Assembly: GCA_964016885.1 (NCBI GenBank)
Contig: OZ024740.1
Location: 175,212,001 to 175,276,000, forward strand
Direction of reading: 5' to 3'
Source of the DNA: Eledone cirrhosa
Taxonomy: Eukaryota
Length of the DNA stretch: 64,000 nucleotides
In this document: positions 39,449 to 53,079 of the stretch, in pieces
Layout: every line of letters starts with the position of its first letter
Numbering within the stretch: position 1 is the first letter of the stretch
The notes under the pieces: model-generated
Told to the model about the DNA's origin: nothing
The model's database searches: none
The model's input: only the letters and a program-made list of their open reading frames with translations
Made by a program: the position numbers and the translations under genes

Positions 39449-40799
39449 CCCCCCCCCCCTCTCTCTCTCTATATATATATACATATATGTGTGTATATTC
39501 ACACACTCGCAGAACATATGAGTATGTATATGTATCTATATACATCTATACGTATATATTACATCGTCATACACACACAAAAAGACATATCTGTATAGAA
39601 ATGTTTCAATGGAAACTTCAAAAGGATTTCAACTGTATGAGCACACACAGACACAAAAGTGATCAAAGAGAGATAACGCAGATAGATAGATACAACAATG
39701 AATATAGAAGTGTATACGAGAGAAAAGATTCTGTCTGGCAGGAGAAAAAACGATAATGCAAAAATACATTTAGCCGTTTACAATCTCTCCCGCTTCTTTT
39801 GAACTTTTAAAGGAAAAACGTAACTAAAACTTTCTTATGTTTGTGTGAAGGTTTTTTTTCGGGTTCATTTATTTTTATTTCATTTACTTTCATATAGTTT
39901 AACATTATCAATTTTCTAACATATTTTTTTTTAGTTTATAACATGTTATATATGTATGTATATATGTATATATAACATGTATGTATGTATATATCTATGT
40001 GTGTGTGTATATATGTGTGAATGTGTCTTAGTGTGTGTGTGTGAAATTAATGTGGAAATGGCTGAGCATACAACAAACGTATGTAATATTAACGTAATAA
40101 TCAATATGTCAAGGTTGTCCGTTTGAATTATAGATAAAATCCATGCGACCGGCTTCTAAACAGTTTCCGTTGATACAATTTCACCCAGAAAGATTTGGGT
40201 AGTCTCAGAGCTATAATAAGTAACGCTTGCCCAAGTTACCACATAGTATCAGTGAACTCAGGAGGATCTTACACCAAATGAACTTCTTAAATGTTCTGTC
40301 TGCCATGCATGTGGGCGGATGTTCTTGTATAAAAATAAATTTCGTTTTTAACTGTAATCTCTCTCTCTCATTCACTCTCTCTCTCTCTCTCTCTCTCTCC
40401 CTCTCTCTCTCTCTCTTTCTCCCCCCTCTCTCTCTCTCTTTATATATATAAAAGAGGAAATGTGGTAAGGAACCAGGTGGACCATAACGCACCAAAGTAC
40501 TCAATACTTAGAATTAGCCGTCGAAACGGCTTGAGCTCAGCCGTCGGGGTCCTACTCGTTCCTATATATATATATATATATAATTGTTTCTATTTTTGGC
40601 ACAAGGCCATCAATTACCCAGTGCATTACTGGTACTTTATTTTAACGAATAATAATAATTGTTTCTACTTTTGGCACAAGGCCAGCAAATACCCAGTGTA
40701 TTACTGGTACTTTATTTTATCTACCCCATAAGGATGAAAGGCAAAGTTAACCTCAGCTGGATTTGAACTCAGACCATAAAGGGCAGTAACTCTTTGCTA

Positions 40800-41280
40800 A
40801 TAATAAATGTGAAGACTAAAATCCAAAGAGAGCTCGATAAGGATAAATATATATCAAATATATAAGAACTCTAGAGCAAATATTTATTAAAATAACAGAT
40901 TAAAGTTTAAGCAAAGTATCGCTGCTTTCACCCTTAACGGGATCTTCTGAAACTAAAAAAATCAATCTGTGAACGCAAAGTCAATCTGAAGCCGAGAATT
41001 GTTCGATTTGCGAAATAGAATATTATTCTACGACTCCATTTATACCATAAACGTGGTTTAGTCTTTGCGCGTAATTATTCTCATCGCTCCACGTAACGAC
41101 ATATTATCTTTGCTTTTTTCCGTTCATTGCCAGGGAACGTTTTCACGAACCTTCGGTTGCAACGTTTTTCGAAATATTTACTTCTGCGTTCACAGATTGA
41201 TTTTTTTTAGTTTCAGAAGATCCCGTTAAGGGTGAAAACAACGATTCTTTGCTTAAACTTTAATCTGTTATTTTAATAAA
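40800..41280. mobile_element. pLTR-like inverted repeat with hammerheads (40904-40954 minus, 41209-41259 plus)
   Basis: ~95-bp arms; AGUUU-CAGAAGA-UCCC guuaa GGGU-GAAA-GCA..UGC-UU-AAACU; collapsed version at 47245-47417. Confidence 0.7.
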
Positions 41281-41295
41281 TATATATATATAATA

Positions 41296-41391
<96 letters not shown>

Positions 41392-41394
<3 letters not shown>

Positions 41395-41867
41395 AGGGTG
41401 TTAAAGTTTGCTTGAAGCATTGTGAAATGTGTAAAATACGTATTTAAGAAAGCCACCACAATGCAGAGGGAAATCTCGAGGTAGGAAGTGAAAGATAGAT
41501 AGGAAAAACAGGTGAAAGTGAAAATTGAGAGAGACAAAGATGAAAACAAAACAAAGGTAGAAGGGTTACCGTAGTAGAGATTTAATCCCAATATTTAATC
41601 CCAATATGCCGTATAACGGCATTCCTGTCTTAACGACATCACAACTTTCTCCGCTTGGCCTGTTCGCCCCCCCTTTTGGAACTTTCCCCCGTTGATGGGC
41701 GTGAGCCCGAAATATTGGGATTAAATCTCTACTACGGTAACCCTTCTACCTTTGTTTTGTTTTCATCTTTGTCTCTCTCAATTTTCACTTTCACCTGTTT
41801 TTCCTATCTATCTTTCACTTCCTACCTCGAGATTTCCCTCTGCATTGTGGTGGCTTTCTTAAATACG

Positions 41868-41873
<6 letters not shown>
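41392..41873. repeat. Palindromic element (~160-bp arms) between (TA)n arrays
   Basis: 41434-41595 is the reverse complement of 41710-41873. Confidence 0.85.
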
Positions 41874-41911
<38 letters not shown>

Positions 41912-42099
41912 AAAAAAGCTTAAATCGAAAATGCAAGTGGAATCTTATTTTTTTTAAAAATATATATATATATATTTATTTGGTTCCTTTACCGGTTTCG
42001 CAGTTCTTCTGCTTTTCAAAAGTAGAGTTGAGATGGAGGGTCTGTGGTTTTACTCACATCAGTCCAAATCAAAATACAGATTGAACTTCCACAAATATT

Positions 42100-43161
42100 T
42101 ATCAGAGAATTTGAAACGCTACTTGGATGATTGTCTCATTCTTTGGTCATTCTTCACTCGACCAACTGAATGATTTCAAAAATTTAATTAACGGCATCAA
42201 TAACCACATCCAATTCACAATGGAATACAGCCAAGATCAACTCCCATTTCTGGACATTTTAATCTTAAAAAAAGACACAAATATTGAAACTGACATACAC
42301 TACAAACCAACAGATTCCAAACAATGCCTACTATTCACCTCCAGCCATCCAAACCACACGAAGACGAACATTCCTTTTAACCTAGCAAGAAGAATTTGCA
42401 CAATTGTCTCCAATTATGAAACGCGAAATAAAAGACTTCAAGAATTAAAGGAAATTCTACTCGAAAGACAGTACCCACCAATACTGATAAATAATGGAAT
42501 AGAAAGGGCTAAAGCAATAGGCATTGATGAATTACGAAAGCAGAAACAAATTCAAGGTACATCCAATATTCTATCATATATCTCAACACACAACCCAAGA
42601 AATGCGGAAGCTTACAACACTATTGACAAGAACATCCCACTATTGAAACAAGGCCCAAGAATGAAAAAAGCCCTTGAAACACACAAAATAATCAAAAGCA
42701 AAAGACAACCGAAATCACTAAAAACATTACTCACCAATGCCAAATTACCTACCACAAACCCACAACCAACCGTCAAAAAATGTGGAAACTGCACTCACCT
42801 TATTGAAGGCAACACGTATACATTTCAATCAGGACAAATTGTTGCTGTAAAAAATCACTTCACTTGCTCATCAAAAACTCTAATTTGTGCCATTAAATGT
42901 AAAGGATGCAATGAAGATTATATAGGACAAACTAAACTCACACTCAGAAACAGAATGACAGTTCATCGCCAACAATTACGAGATCGAACCACGAGACAGA
43001 TACCACTAAGTGCATATCTAAACATATGCGCAAGTAATAAGACACCAAAATTCCAACTCCTCCCATTTTACCTTTGCGCTGACAATACAACAGAACAAAT
43101 ACGAATAAATAAGGAAAATATGTTTATTCAAAAATATAGACCAGCATTAAATATAGTTTAA
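42100..43161 (+). pseudogene. Penelope RT C-terminus + GIY-YIG endonuclease
   Basis: KRYLDD (frameshifted), FTME..LPFLD, YKPTD..L.FTSSHP, Cys linker, CSSKTLIC..CKGC..YIGQT..R.TVHR. Confidence 0.9.
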
Positions 43162-44252
43162 TATACATTATGTCAACACCATAACATGCTAACCATCAAA
43201 ACAGACACATACATACACACACACATAACACCTACTTTAGAAAATACAAACCAGATCTAAATAAACCTTAACATACGTTAATACTCTAACACCTTAACAT
43301 GCTAACCCCCCACCCACCCAGCCACACATAACTCCCTACCCCCTTTCTACTAACGGAATCATTTTCCTACACACACACAAAAAAAAATATATATATATTC
43401 TCTTCATCTTAACATGCTAACCATACTCATAAACACACATAACACCCATACACACACACATAACCCCCCCCCCCCCACACACACAACTCCCTCCCCCATT
43501 TCTACTAATAGAATCACTTTGCTACACACATACACACACAAAATATATATATTCTCTCCATCTTAACATACTCCCCCCCCACACACAACCCCCCCCCCAT
43601 TTCTACTAATAGAATCATCTTCCTACACACACACACACACACACAAGCACACAAATAAACATACATATCTCTACTTTCTTTATTTCAATAGAAAGTCTGA
43701 ATTCCGACACCCCAGCGAGCCAGCCATATTCACTGAACCAGAACAATTCTCCCCATCCCATTTCTCTTGACCATTATCTTTTGTTTGTCATAAAATTCTC
43801 TAAAAGGCTACAAAATAAATTCCCAAATACGGGTGTGAAATTTAATGAACTTGTTCACGTGACAGTCATAATTTCATTTATAACCAATCAAATTACATTT
43901 ATAAAAAAAAAGCCTTCGTGAGCCCCATTTTTTAAGTAAAAAGAAATTCAAACAAACTGGCGCGAAAGCTGATGTGCTTATTCACGTGACTGCATCAACC
44001 AACCAAACTTCACTCATATATGAAAAAACAACCTGAAACCCCCCCCCCCCCCCCCCACACACACACACTCCTTTGTTTGAAGAACTTTGTAACGCGAACT
44101 GGACCGAAATTTATTATACTCATTGACCAACCAATCAAATTACTTCTCTAAAAACCTGGCGTTTCGAGCCACTTTTTTTTCCATATAAAATAAGTAACAT
44201 TCAAAGACCAACCAGATGTGAGAAAAACCACAGACCCTCCATCTCAACTCTA

Positions 44253-44288
44253 CTTTTGAAAAGCAGAAGAACTGCGAAACCGGTAAAG
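44253..44288 (+). ncRNA. Minimal hammerhead (U3-A8 variant); identical inverted copy 41987-42022
   Basis: CUU-UUGAAAA-GCAG aagaa CUGC-GAAA-CCGG-UA-AAG. Confidence 0.75.
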
Positions 44289-44454
44289 GAACCAAATAAA
44301 TATATATATATTTTTTTTAAAAATAAGACTCCAGTTGCATTTTCGATTTAATCTTTTTTCCTTATACTTTCACTCGTGTAGGACACCTCGATTATTTTTC
44401 ATTTTGAAAAAAAACCCTTACTTTCTAATATATATATATATATATATATTATAT

Positions 44455-45000
44455 ATAATTCTGGTGGTCCAGGTAATAGTCTAAACTTAATATTTCCATT
44501 TAAACAGCACAATCCAGTTGAGTCACCATTCCATGTTTTAGCACCACAATTTGGACACATTTTGTTCATTGAGAAATTTGAATGAAAGGCTATAAGATAG
44601 TTTTTGATGTGGATTGTAACTAAAAGCAACAAAATCCCACTTGGCAACCTTTTTAAATTGTAAATCTTCTGTTCTTTCTCCCTGTACACATAGCTTTTGA
44701 GTTGTTTGAGCTTCAGTTTCTTCATGCTGCTTTTAAGCTGCCCTATTTTTCTTCATTTGCTGTCTTAATGATTTTCGTACTCTTGATTCATCCTGACAAA
44801 TATTTTCTTCCATTGTCCTATCTTCAGCAAGCCTTTTTGATCTTTCTCTGATTCACCCTTTCTATTCTGTTTACTTCTTTGTTGTTAAAACCTTAATGAT
44901 CTTTGTGAATCTGATTCACCCTCTCTGTTTTGTGCTGTAGTTTCGTAAATCTAATTCCTCTTGACGAAAAATTGCTTTCCTTGTCCTATAATGAGCAAAC
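44455..45000 (-). pseudogene. N-terminal fragment of a canonical Helitron RepHel
   Basis: MNKMCPNCGAKTWNGDSTGLCCLNG..LLPGPPEL matches the Helitron CxxCxAxxW...CCxxG...PP zinc finger; upstream R/E-rich low-complexity coding. Confidence 0.65.
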
Positions 45001-45033
45001 CGTTTAGATATTTAAAAAAATTCATTTTGCTTA

Positions 45034-45650
45034 CAGTGTTGTGCATAATTCAGGGACCAGCCCAATAATTTTACTAGGTTAGGTTTACATTGAACAAGGT
45101 ACAGTTTTTAGATAAAATAGTATATCATTACAAACATACAAATCAAAGCATTATGCTACAAATTTTCTATTCCATATTAATACTTTATTTGATGACCTTT
45201 AGCAGCAATTACTGCAGCAATTCTGTGTGGCATTGATTCCACCAAGGAGATACAATGTTGAGGAGTAATGTGTTGTATCCATACTGTAAGAATTTTTTGT
45301 TGTAAATCAGTAATCGAGCTGGAATTTAGCTTGGCTTTCATCAATTTTCAACAGTTTTCAATTGGGTTTAAGTCAGGACTTGAACCTGGCAAAAGTGCCA
45401 GCTCTTCAATATCAGATTCTAGAAAACATTGGTTAATGGTTTTGCCGCATGGCAAGTAGCACCATCTTGTTATTATATTTTGCAACAATACCTCTCCATC
45501 CATAATGGGACCGTTTCTCGTATGATTTCCTAATACATGTTTGCATTTACAGTCCTTCCTACTGGAATTATGGTCATTGCAGCCCGTCTCTTTATGTTTA
45601 TTGATTCTCAGACCACCAATGATTGTGGATGTTTATCTGTTGGTTTGACA
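45034..45650 (-). mobile_element. Tc1/mariner transposon, 3' half of transposase plus one TIR
   Basis: QDGA.CH, PGSSPDLNPIENC, LVESMPHRIAAVIAAKG..KY*; TA|CAGTG terminus at 45034. Confidence 0.85.
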
Positions 45651-46505
45651 CATAACGAGAATTATAACGCTGTCCGGGTGGTTTTCTTACATGGTGAGGG
45701 GGCAAATTGTCTAATTAATGTTTCATAACTAAACATTATCTCTCCATATTGAGCAGAAGTTCGGTGACGATAAGTGTTGCAGAACAACAACGTGTATAGG
45801 AGAGATAGCCTATAAAATAGTAGAGATAATTGATGAACACTGAAGTGAACTAAAAGGACAAAAAGACAATTCATTATTATAAGAACACGCCAGACTAAGA
45901 TATAATGGTAAAATAGACAACATAGAAGTTAAAATAATATTTAAACATAGGAATGACTCGACAATTAGACACATTAGAGAGGCTTCAGAAATAGAATTAA
46001 GAAAACCTAGGCTAAACAGAAAACATGAATAGAATAACAACAACTATACACAAACACACACTAGTGATCAAAGATAAAATATAAATATACACAGATACAA
46101 TAACAACACCCACTGACAAACACACACTAGTGACCAAAGATAGAATATAAATACATAAACACACACAGACTAAGACAGAAGCACACACCAAACAGAATAC
46201 ATGCACACAAACGCATGCGCAAATAGAGACATCAAAAACAAAAACAAAAATAACGTTATAGCACAACGGGAGTAAACACAGCGATAATCACTGAAGTTGT
46301 CACAGATATGTGTGACGAAAGAATTTTAAGAAATTATATTTATATTTATATATTTAAATGTTGGTCAATCAATGATAAACATCGATTGCCAGCTAAATTA
46401 TTTTTAGGAAAGTAAAAATATACTGAAGCGAAAATGTAACCAGACAGTAAGTGTGCTATACTATTTTCTGGCAACATCAGGACATGAACCTCCTCAAATA
46501 TAACA

Positions 46506-46510
<5 letters not shown>
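45650..46510 (+). mobile_element. Penelope-like GIY-YIG 3' end plus pLTR remnant
   Basis: RHIREASEIELRKPRLN C-terminal motif; pLTR end resembles the 4170-4392 family, with a degenerate hammerhead at ~46288. Confidence 0.55.
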
Positions 46511-46594
<84 letters not shown>

Positions 46595-47015
46595 CTCACT
46601 CACACACACACATATATATATATAGAGAGAGAGAGAGGGGGAGGGGGAGGAGAGAGAGATTACCATAATTTGTCAGCAATGATAAACTGAAAAATGTTTT
46701 AAATGTTCTCATTATTTCGTTAAACGAAGAATAAAAATAATGTATGATGCCACAGAAAGATACTTAAATTGTTAATGCTGCCAAATAAATGCGAAAAGAA
46801 ATGAACTATCAAAGACAGAAAATGTAAATAAAGAAATACCTAATTATATAAACGGCTAATCAAATAAACAAACTAAAGATCTTTTTAACTTAATCTGATG
46901 AATCTTACATTTTCAATATGGGTCATATTTTGTCGCGAAAGTAAACATAAACTTATTACTGTTCTTGTTACGTGTTAATATTTTACAGTAAAAGATAAAA
47001 TCCTGAACCCTTTGA

Positions 47016-47073
<58 letters not shown>

Positions 47074-47409
47074 TCTTTTATATATATATATATATATATG
47101 TTTCTTTTATATATATATATATATATATATAGTATATATATATATATATATATATATGTTTCTTTTATATATATATATATATATATATAGTATATATATA
47201 TATATATAGTGTATATATATATATATATATATATAGTAATAATAATAAATTTGAAGACTAAAATCCAAAGAGGGCTCAATAAGGATAAATATATATCAGA
47301 TATATAAGAACCGTAGAGCAAATATTTATTAAAATAACAGATTAAAGTTTAAGCAAAGAATCGCTTAAGGGTGAAAGCAGCGATTCTTTGCTTAAACTTT
47401 AATCTGTTA

Positions 47410-47503
<94 letters not shown>

Positions 47504-47610
47504 TGAATTCAGTTAGAAACTGGTTAAACCATTACTCATAGGATGGTTATATGAATGAGTCAGGACACCGATGGCTGAGCTCTTGCCGTTTCAACAGCTA
47601 GTTCCAAACT

Positions 47611-47654
<44 letters not shown>

Positions 47655-47656
<2 letters not shown>

Positions 47657-50106
47657 ACGAGGGGCATAAGTGACAAGTAGCGGAGGTAAAAGTAAGTATT
47701 TGTTAGATAGGTTTAACATGATTATTAGATGTAATAATAATTGTTAGAGGAAATAACAATAATAATAATAATAAATGTTTTTAGTTTATAAATGGTTTAC
47801 TTCGCTTCAATCAAAAAGTACAATAAAACAAGTTACCAAGAGTTACGAAGGTTGACAATGACATTTTGTTGTTGATGTGAAAACAGCAAACGACGAGATA
47901 AAGTTTGTTGCAGACGTCATAGTAGTTTTCGTCGTGAGTCTGAGACCATAGTGAGTGAGATATAGTAATGGTCTGTAATTGATTGTAGACCATTGTGGCT
48001 TCTAGATAGCGGAATATCTTTCACATAGCGGGTCTGTAGTAGTAGGGCTCTGATCTCTCTCTGTATCTCTGTAGACCACTAGGGTCTGTTGATAGCGGTG
48101 AATCTTTACATAGTTTGTTATGTATCGTAGAGCTCCGATCTATATGTTCAAGGTGGGAAAATATAGGCTTTATATATCTGTCGCTTTCTGCCTCCCACCT
48201 TTAGGGGATAGCCCACGCATGAACCTGTTCACACCAAAAGGGTGATGACCTAGAATTTGACCTTTAGGTGTCACCCAAGGTTCAAGGCGCGGACAGATTT
48301 CACTACCCAGATCGATGCAAGAGCAGCGATCGATTATAAAAGGGGTAGCGAAATCTGATTCCTAGAAGCGTCTCCCAAAACACGCAAAATGTGGGTACTG
48401 CGCCCGCATTTCGAGTGTAGAGAAATTTGGAGAGAGAAAAAAATATATCGTATAACTGTGTATGTATGTGTGTGTGTAACATTTAGAAGGAACTGTAAAA
48501 ATACAAAGTTGTGATCATGTATTTCGAACTGTTGTGTATGGATGGCTGAACGTTGGGGTTACGGTATCGGATTACGATATGACAACACAGAGGACTATTT
48601 CTCTAGATGTATCATCATACGTAAGATTGTCTTCTAGTGAGTCGAGGTTTACGCTATGACATGAGTGTGTGCAATTTTGAGTTGCGTGCTCAGTGAGTCG
48701 AGCGAGTAGTAACCGTGGGTTGATTATCATGTGTTAAATAGCTGTTGCCGAACTTCGACCAGTTGAATCTCGATGTATTATCATACGTAAGATTCTCTTC
48801 CAGTGAGTCGAGGTTTACGTTATGACATGAGTGTGTGCAATTTTGAGTTGCGTGCTCAGTGAGTCGAGCGAGTAGTAACCGTGGGTTGATTATCATGTGT
48901 TAAATAGTTGTTGCCGAACTTCAACCAGTTGAATCTCGATGTATTATCATACGTAAGATTCTCTTCCAGTGAGTCGAGGTTTATGCTATGACATGAATGT
49001 GTGCAATTTTGAGTTGCGTTCTCAGTGAGTCGAGCGAGTAGTAACCGTGGGTTGATTATCATGTGTTTAATAGCTTTTGCCGTACCTTGCCCAGTTGAAA
49101 AGTGATCCCGCAGAGACCCAACAGAATCCAGAATATACCATAGACAAAAACATGTTGGTGTGTGACAAAAAAATTATGTGTGTTTGATGCAAAACGTGTT
49201 ATTCATACAGGCATATAATACAGTAAAACGAATAAAAAAAATAAAAATGACATTCATATACAACCTGTAAAAATAATAATAAAAAAAATTATATAATTGC
49301 TCTTTATAAAAAGTTCAGTTCTCTCTTCTTTATGTGAATGTTTTCTTGCTAGGAAGCTAGTAGTATTGTTTGTTGTTGTTGTTGGAAATTACTAAGCAAG
49401 TGGTGAAGTGTTTGGTAAGAGAAAGTTGTTGATATTGGCAAAAGAAGCCATGATCATATCAAAAGGCTGCGTGCGATTTCTTTTTTTTTTTTTGTATATA
49501 CCACTTCGTTTTATTTTTAATTTTTATTTTTAAACGTCAGGTCACCAATTTAACGAAGGGTATAAGTAAGAATATTGTTAGATGGGATTAACATGATTGT
49601 TGGATGTAATAACAAGAATAAAGATTTAATTTATATATAAAGGTTTACTTCACTTGATTCAAAAAGAACAATAAACATATTACCACGAGTTGCAAAGGTT
49701 GACAATGTTATATTTGTTGTTGGTTCATGAGGCTGATTTAGTCTGCGCCAAGAGAGAGAGAGAGAGAGATATAATTGTCTGTAGTTGACTGTAGACCACT
49801 GTGGCTTGTAGATAGCGGAATATCTTTCACATAGCGGGTCTGTAGTAGTAGGGCTCTGATCTCTCTGTATATCTGTAGACCTCTAGGGTCTGTTGATAGC
49901 GGTGAATCTTTACATAGTTTGTTATGTATCGTAGAGCTCCAATCTATATGTTCAAGGTGGGAAAATATAGGCTTTATATACCTGTCGCTTTCTGCCTCCA
50001 ACCTTTAGAGGATAGCCCACGCATGAACCTGTTCACACCAAAAGGGTGATGACCTAGAATTTGACCTTTAGGTATCACCCAAGGTTCAAGGCGCGGACAG
50101 ATTTCA
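47655..50106. repeat. Two ~550-650-bp direct repeats bracketing a 1.25-kb internal region
   Basis: 47655-48302 homologous to 49551-50106; both end GCGCGGACAGATTTCA. Confidence 0.8.
48600..49098. repeat. 166-bp tandem repeat, about 3 copies
   Basis: CTCAGTGAGTCGAGCGAGTAG recurs at 48689, 48855, 49021. Confidence 0.9.
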
Positions 50107-50179
50107 TTATAAAGATGCACTTCACTTCTAGCACTCGACGTTATATGACTTCTTAAAAACAAGGATGACGGAATATATT

Positions 50180-50572
50180 TATAAAGAGGAAAATGCGAAG
50201 TTGAAAATGTTAGGGTCCGTTATTAATTGAACCGTTATACATATTTCCATGATGATAGATATCGTGATTTCTTCAGACAGCAAACATTGATTAAAAGGTA
50301 ACATTTCCGAGGCAATTTTGGGTGGAAAGGAGCGGACAAAAAAAAAATGTATGTTTTTGCTTTGAGTGCGCAGAAGCAGAGTTGTGGGTGGGTGACCACT
50401 CAACTATCACCTAGAATACTAACAGCCTTATATGTTCGCTCTAGCTAGCAGTGCCCCACCACCTCGGTTGATAACACTATACAGTCAGTGGAAGTTCACG
50501 ATATCTACTGTCATTGAAATATGTATAACGGCTCAATTAAAGGACTCTAACATCTTTAACTTCGCATATTCC

Positions 50573-50580
<8 letters not shown>
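50180..50580. mobile_element. Older inverted-repeat element (MITE or pLTR hairpin), ~85-bp diverged arms
   Basis: 50180-50266 vs 50497-50580 reverse-complement similarity; TA flanks. Confidence 0.6.
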
Positions 50581-50654
<74 letters not shown>

Positions 50655-50716
50655 GTAGAACACTGAAAGGTATTATCCGTAGTGGTAGAGCACTCAGTCC
50701 ATAGCACGAGTTAGGT

Positions 50717-50969
<253 letters not shown>

Positions 50970-51165
50970 TTAAGTATACTATTTATGGTTATGCAAATAC
51001 AAAAACCTTTTGTAGTTATATATATTTTTATAAACCCTAAATAGTGGTAGGCAGTAATATATTACTACCTTATTACCAGTAAGTTAAATAGCTCAATGTA
51101 ATAACATCAGATGATTTACAGAGCAGTTATATGAATTATAAGAATTATATAATTCATATATATAA

Positions 51166-51217
<52 letters not shown>

Positions 51218-51479
51218 ATTCAAGAACATGCACCTTGTCCATTCCCTTGTCGTTTCACTTTGGATTACCTTGGGAACGTAACCTTATTATATAAGAAGCT
51301 GTCTGATGAGGTTATGGCACTGGGTACAGGGAATCGTGTGGCCACTGTCGTTATTGGAATAAGTATCACAGCATTATCAATAAGGAACTTTAACATCTGA
51401 AACTACTTTGCATTTTCTTATTCTCTCTCTCTCTATATATATATTAGGCATGGCCTGGGCCAATACTGGCCGAAGTTAT

Positions 51480-51524
<45 letters not shown>

Positions 51525-51978
51525 TTAATTGTGTAATTTCAATTACAGGCGGTGCGCCAACTGAAGCACACGATGCTTTTATGAGGTCCGTCTTTATATA
51601 TACATATATATAATGCGTAGGTGTATCTGAAACAACATTCTTTTATAAAATACGATTTGTAGTCGTTGTATTTATGTGCTATTCAAGCCAGTGTTCGGAT
51701 CGTAGGAAACGGTGATGAAATGAAATAATGTAGAAAGGAAGTAAGATAAAATAAACTGAAAGAAAATTAAACGAAACAAAATTTGTTTTAAACGGTATAA
51801 ATTTTACTTATTTTTTGGTTTGTTTAGATATGGAATCTGACAACATAGAGATGGAGTGATTATGGAACGGGAGAATTAAGATATGGTAAGATAAAATAGG
51901 TTGTGACAAATAGAATGAGCTGAAATACCGTTAACGGGCACTTAACCTTGGCTGCCGTAGAGGTTTGTAGTGATTAAT

Positions 51979-52015
51979 TTTGAATATTTTCGGCTATATT
52001 ATCCATCTTCAGACA
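51979..52015 (-). ncRNA. Degenerate hammerhead
   Basis: CUGAAGA-UGG..CC-GAAA-AUAU-UC; stem I poorly paired. Confidence 0.4.
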
Positions 52016-52311
52016 TGTATACTGTTCCATTGCTGACTTGGTAATTCTATTACTGATAAGATTATGTATAAACTTGTTTCTACAAGTGCAGGTCATTTCG
52101 ACAATTTAGGGTAAGTTGCTGCTTTATCATCGTAGGGATTAACGCCTTCATCTGGCATTAAAAAAATGCGGGTTTCGATATCTCACTGCCGCCTGTCTAC
52201 CTTTTATCGCATACAGGCCTTCAATTTTTTCTCAACTATTATATATAGTGATCGACTACATTTCAAATGTTATTTTTTTCTTAATGCTTCTTAAGTCACG
52301 GTTGTTATCTC

Positions 52312-52374
<63 letters not shown>

Positions 52375-52417
52375 TTTATATATATATGTAGGTATGTATG
52401 TATATATATATATATAT

Positions 52418-53017
52418 GTTAGTTCACCAGTTGGTGCTACTGGTAACATATATCCCAGTACAACCTGTCTCATGGTCGGGTCGTTGGCGACTAAACTGGC
52501 AACCCTACCAAGGTTTCTTGGTGTGGACGGTGACTTTGGACATCCTGCAGGACTAAAAACAAAACCTGTCAAAGGGCAAAGGAGCTCTTAAGAGTCAATG
52601 GCCATCCAAAATCACCGGGAGAGATGACCCCTTAGCTTTTGTCAAGGCAGAATTCTAGGAGAAGGAAAACTCTGATATAACACCTGCAACCCTGATGGTA
52701 TCCAATGATGTTGACTTGTTCTTCTTTTTGGTAAATATCATCTTGGTTAAGAGAGTGGGACTGGCTTTGTGAAGTGCCTTTGCTCACTATAAAAGCTTCA
52801 CGGCACAGGCATTGCTTTATATCTGGAGATCTCTCTGCACTTGTCGTCACATGGTACCATGGCACTATGTGTCAATAATTGTCACAAGTGTAGTGTTTGT
52901 ACCAGAGTTTTCAAGTCGCTGGCTGGACTAAAAAGTCACACTCGTTCAGCGCATTGGTAGGGGTTCTCCTACATGGATATAAAGTAGTGGCCGTACTCGA
53001 AAACGAGTTGGCAGCCA

Positions 53018-53020
<3 letters not shown>
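52418..53020 (-). mobile_element. Non-coding repeat resembling an RTE-LINE 5' UTR; second copy 57262-57814
   Basis: GGCGACTAAACTGGCAACC..CTAGGAGAAGGAAAACTCTG motif; both copies bounded by (TA)n. Confidence 0.55.

Positions 53021-53074
<54 letters not shown>

Positions 53075-53079
<5 letters not shown>

Larger units (their letters stand above)
41906..44395 (+). mobile_element. Neptune-type Penelope-like element, 5'-truncated, with inverted pLTR
   Basis: 41906-42060 is an inverted copy of 44215-44365; internal RT/GIY-YIG ORF. Confidence 0.9.

Noticed and set aside
48690-49062. Duplicated 68-aa ORFs
   Set aside because: Arise from the 166-bp repeat, whose period is not a multiple of 3
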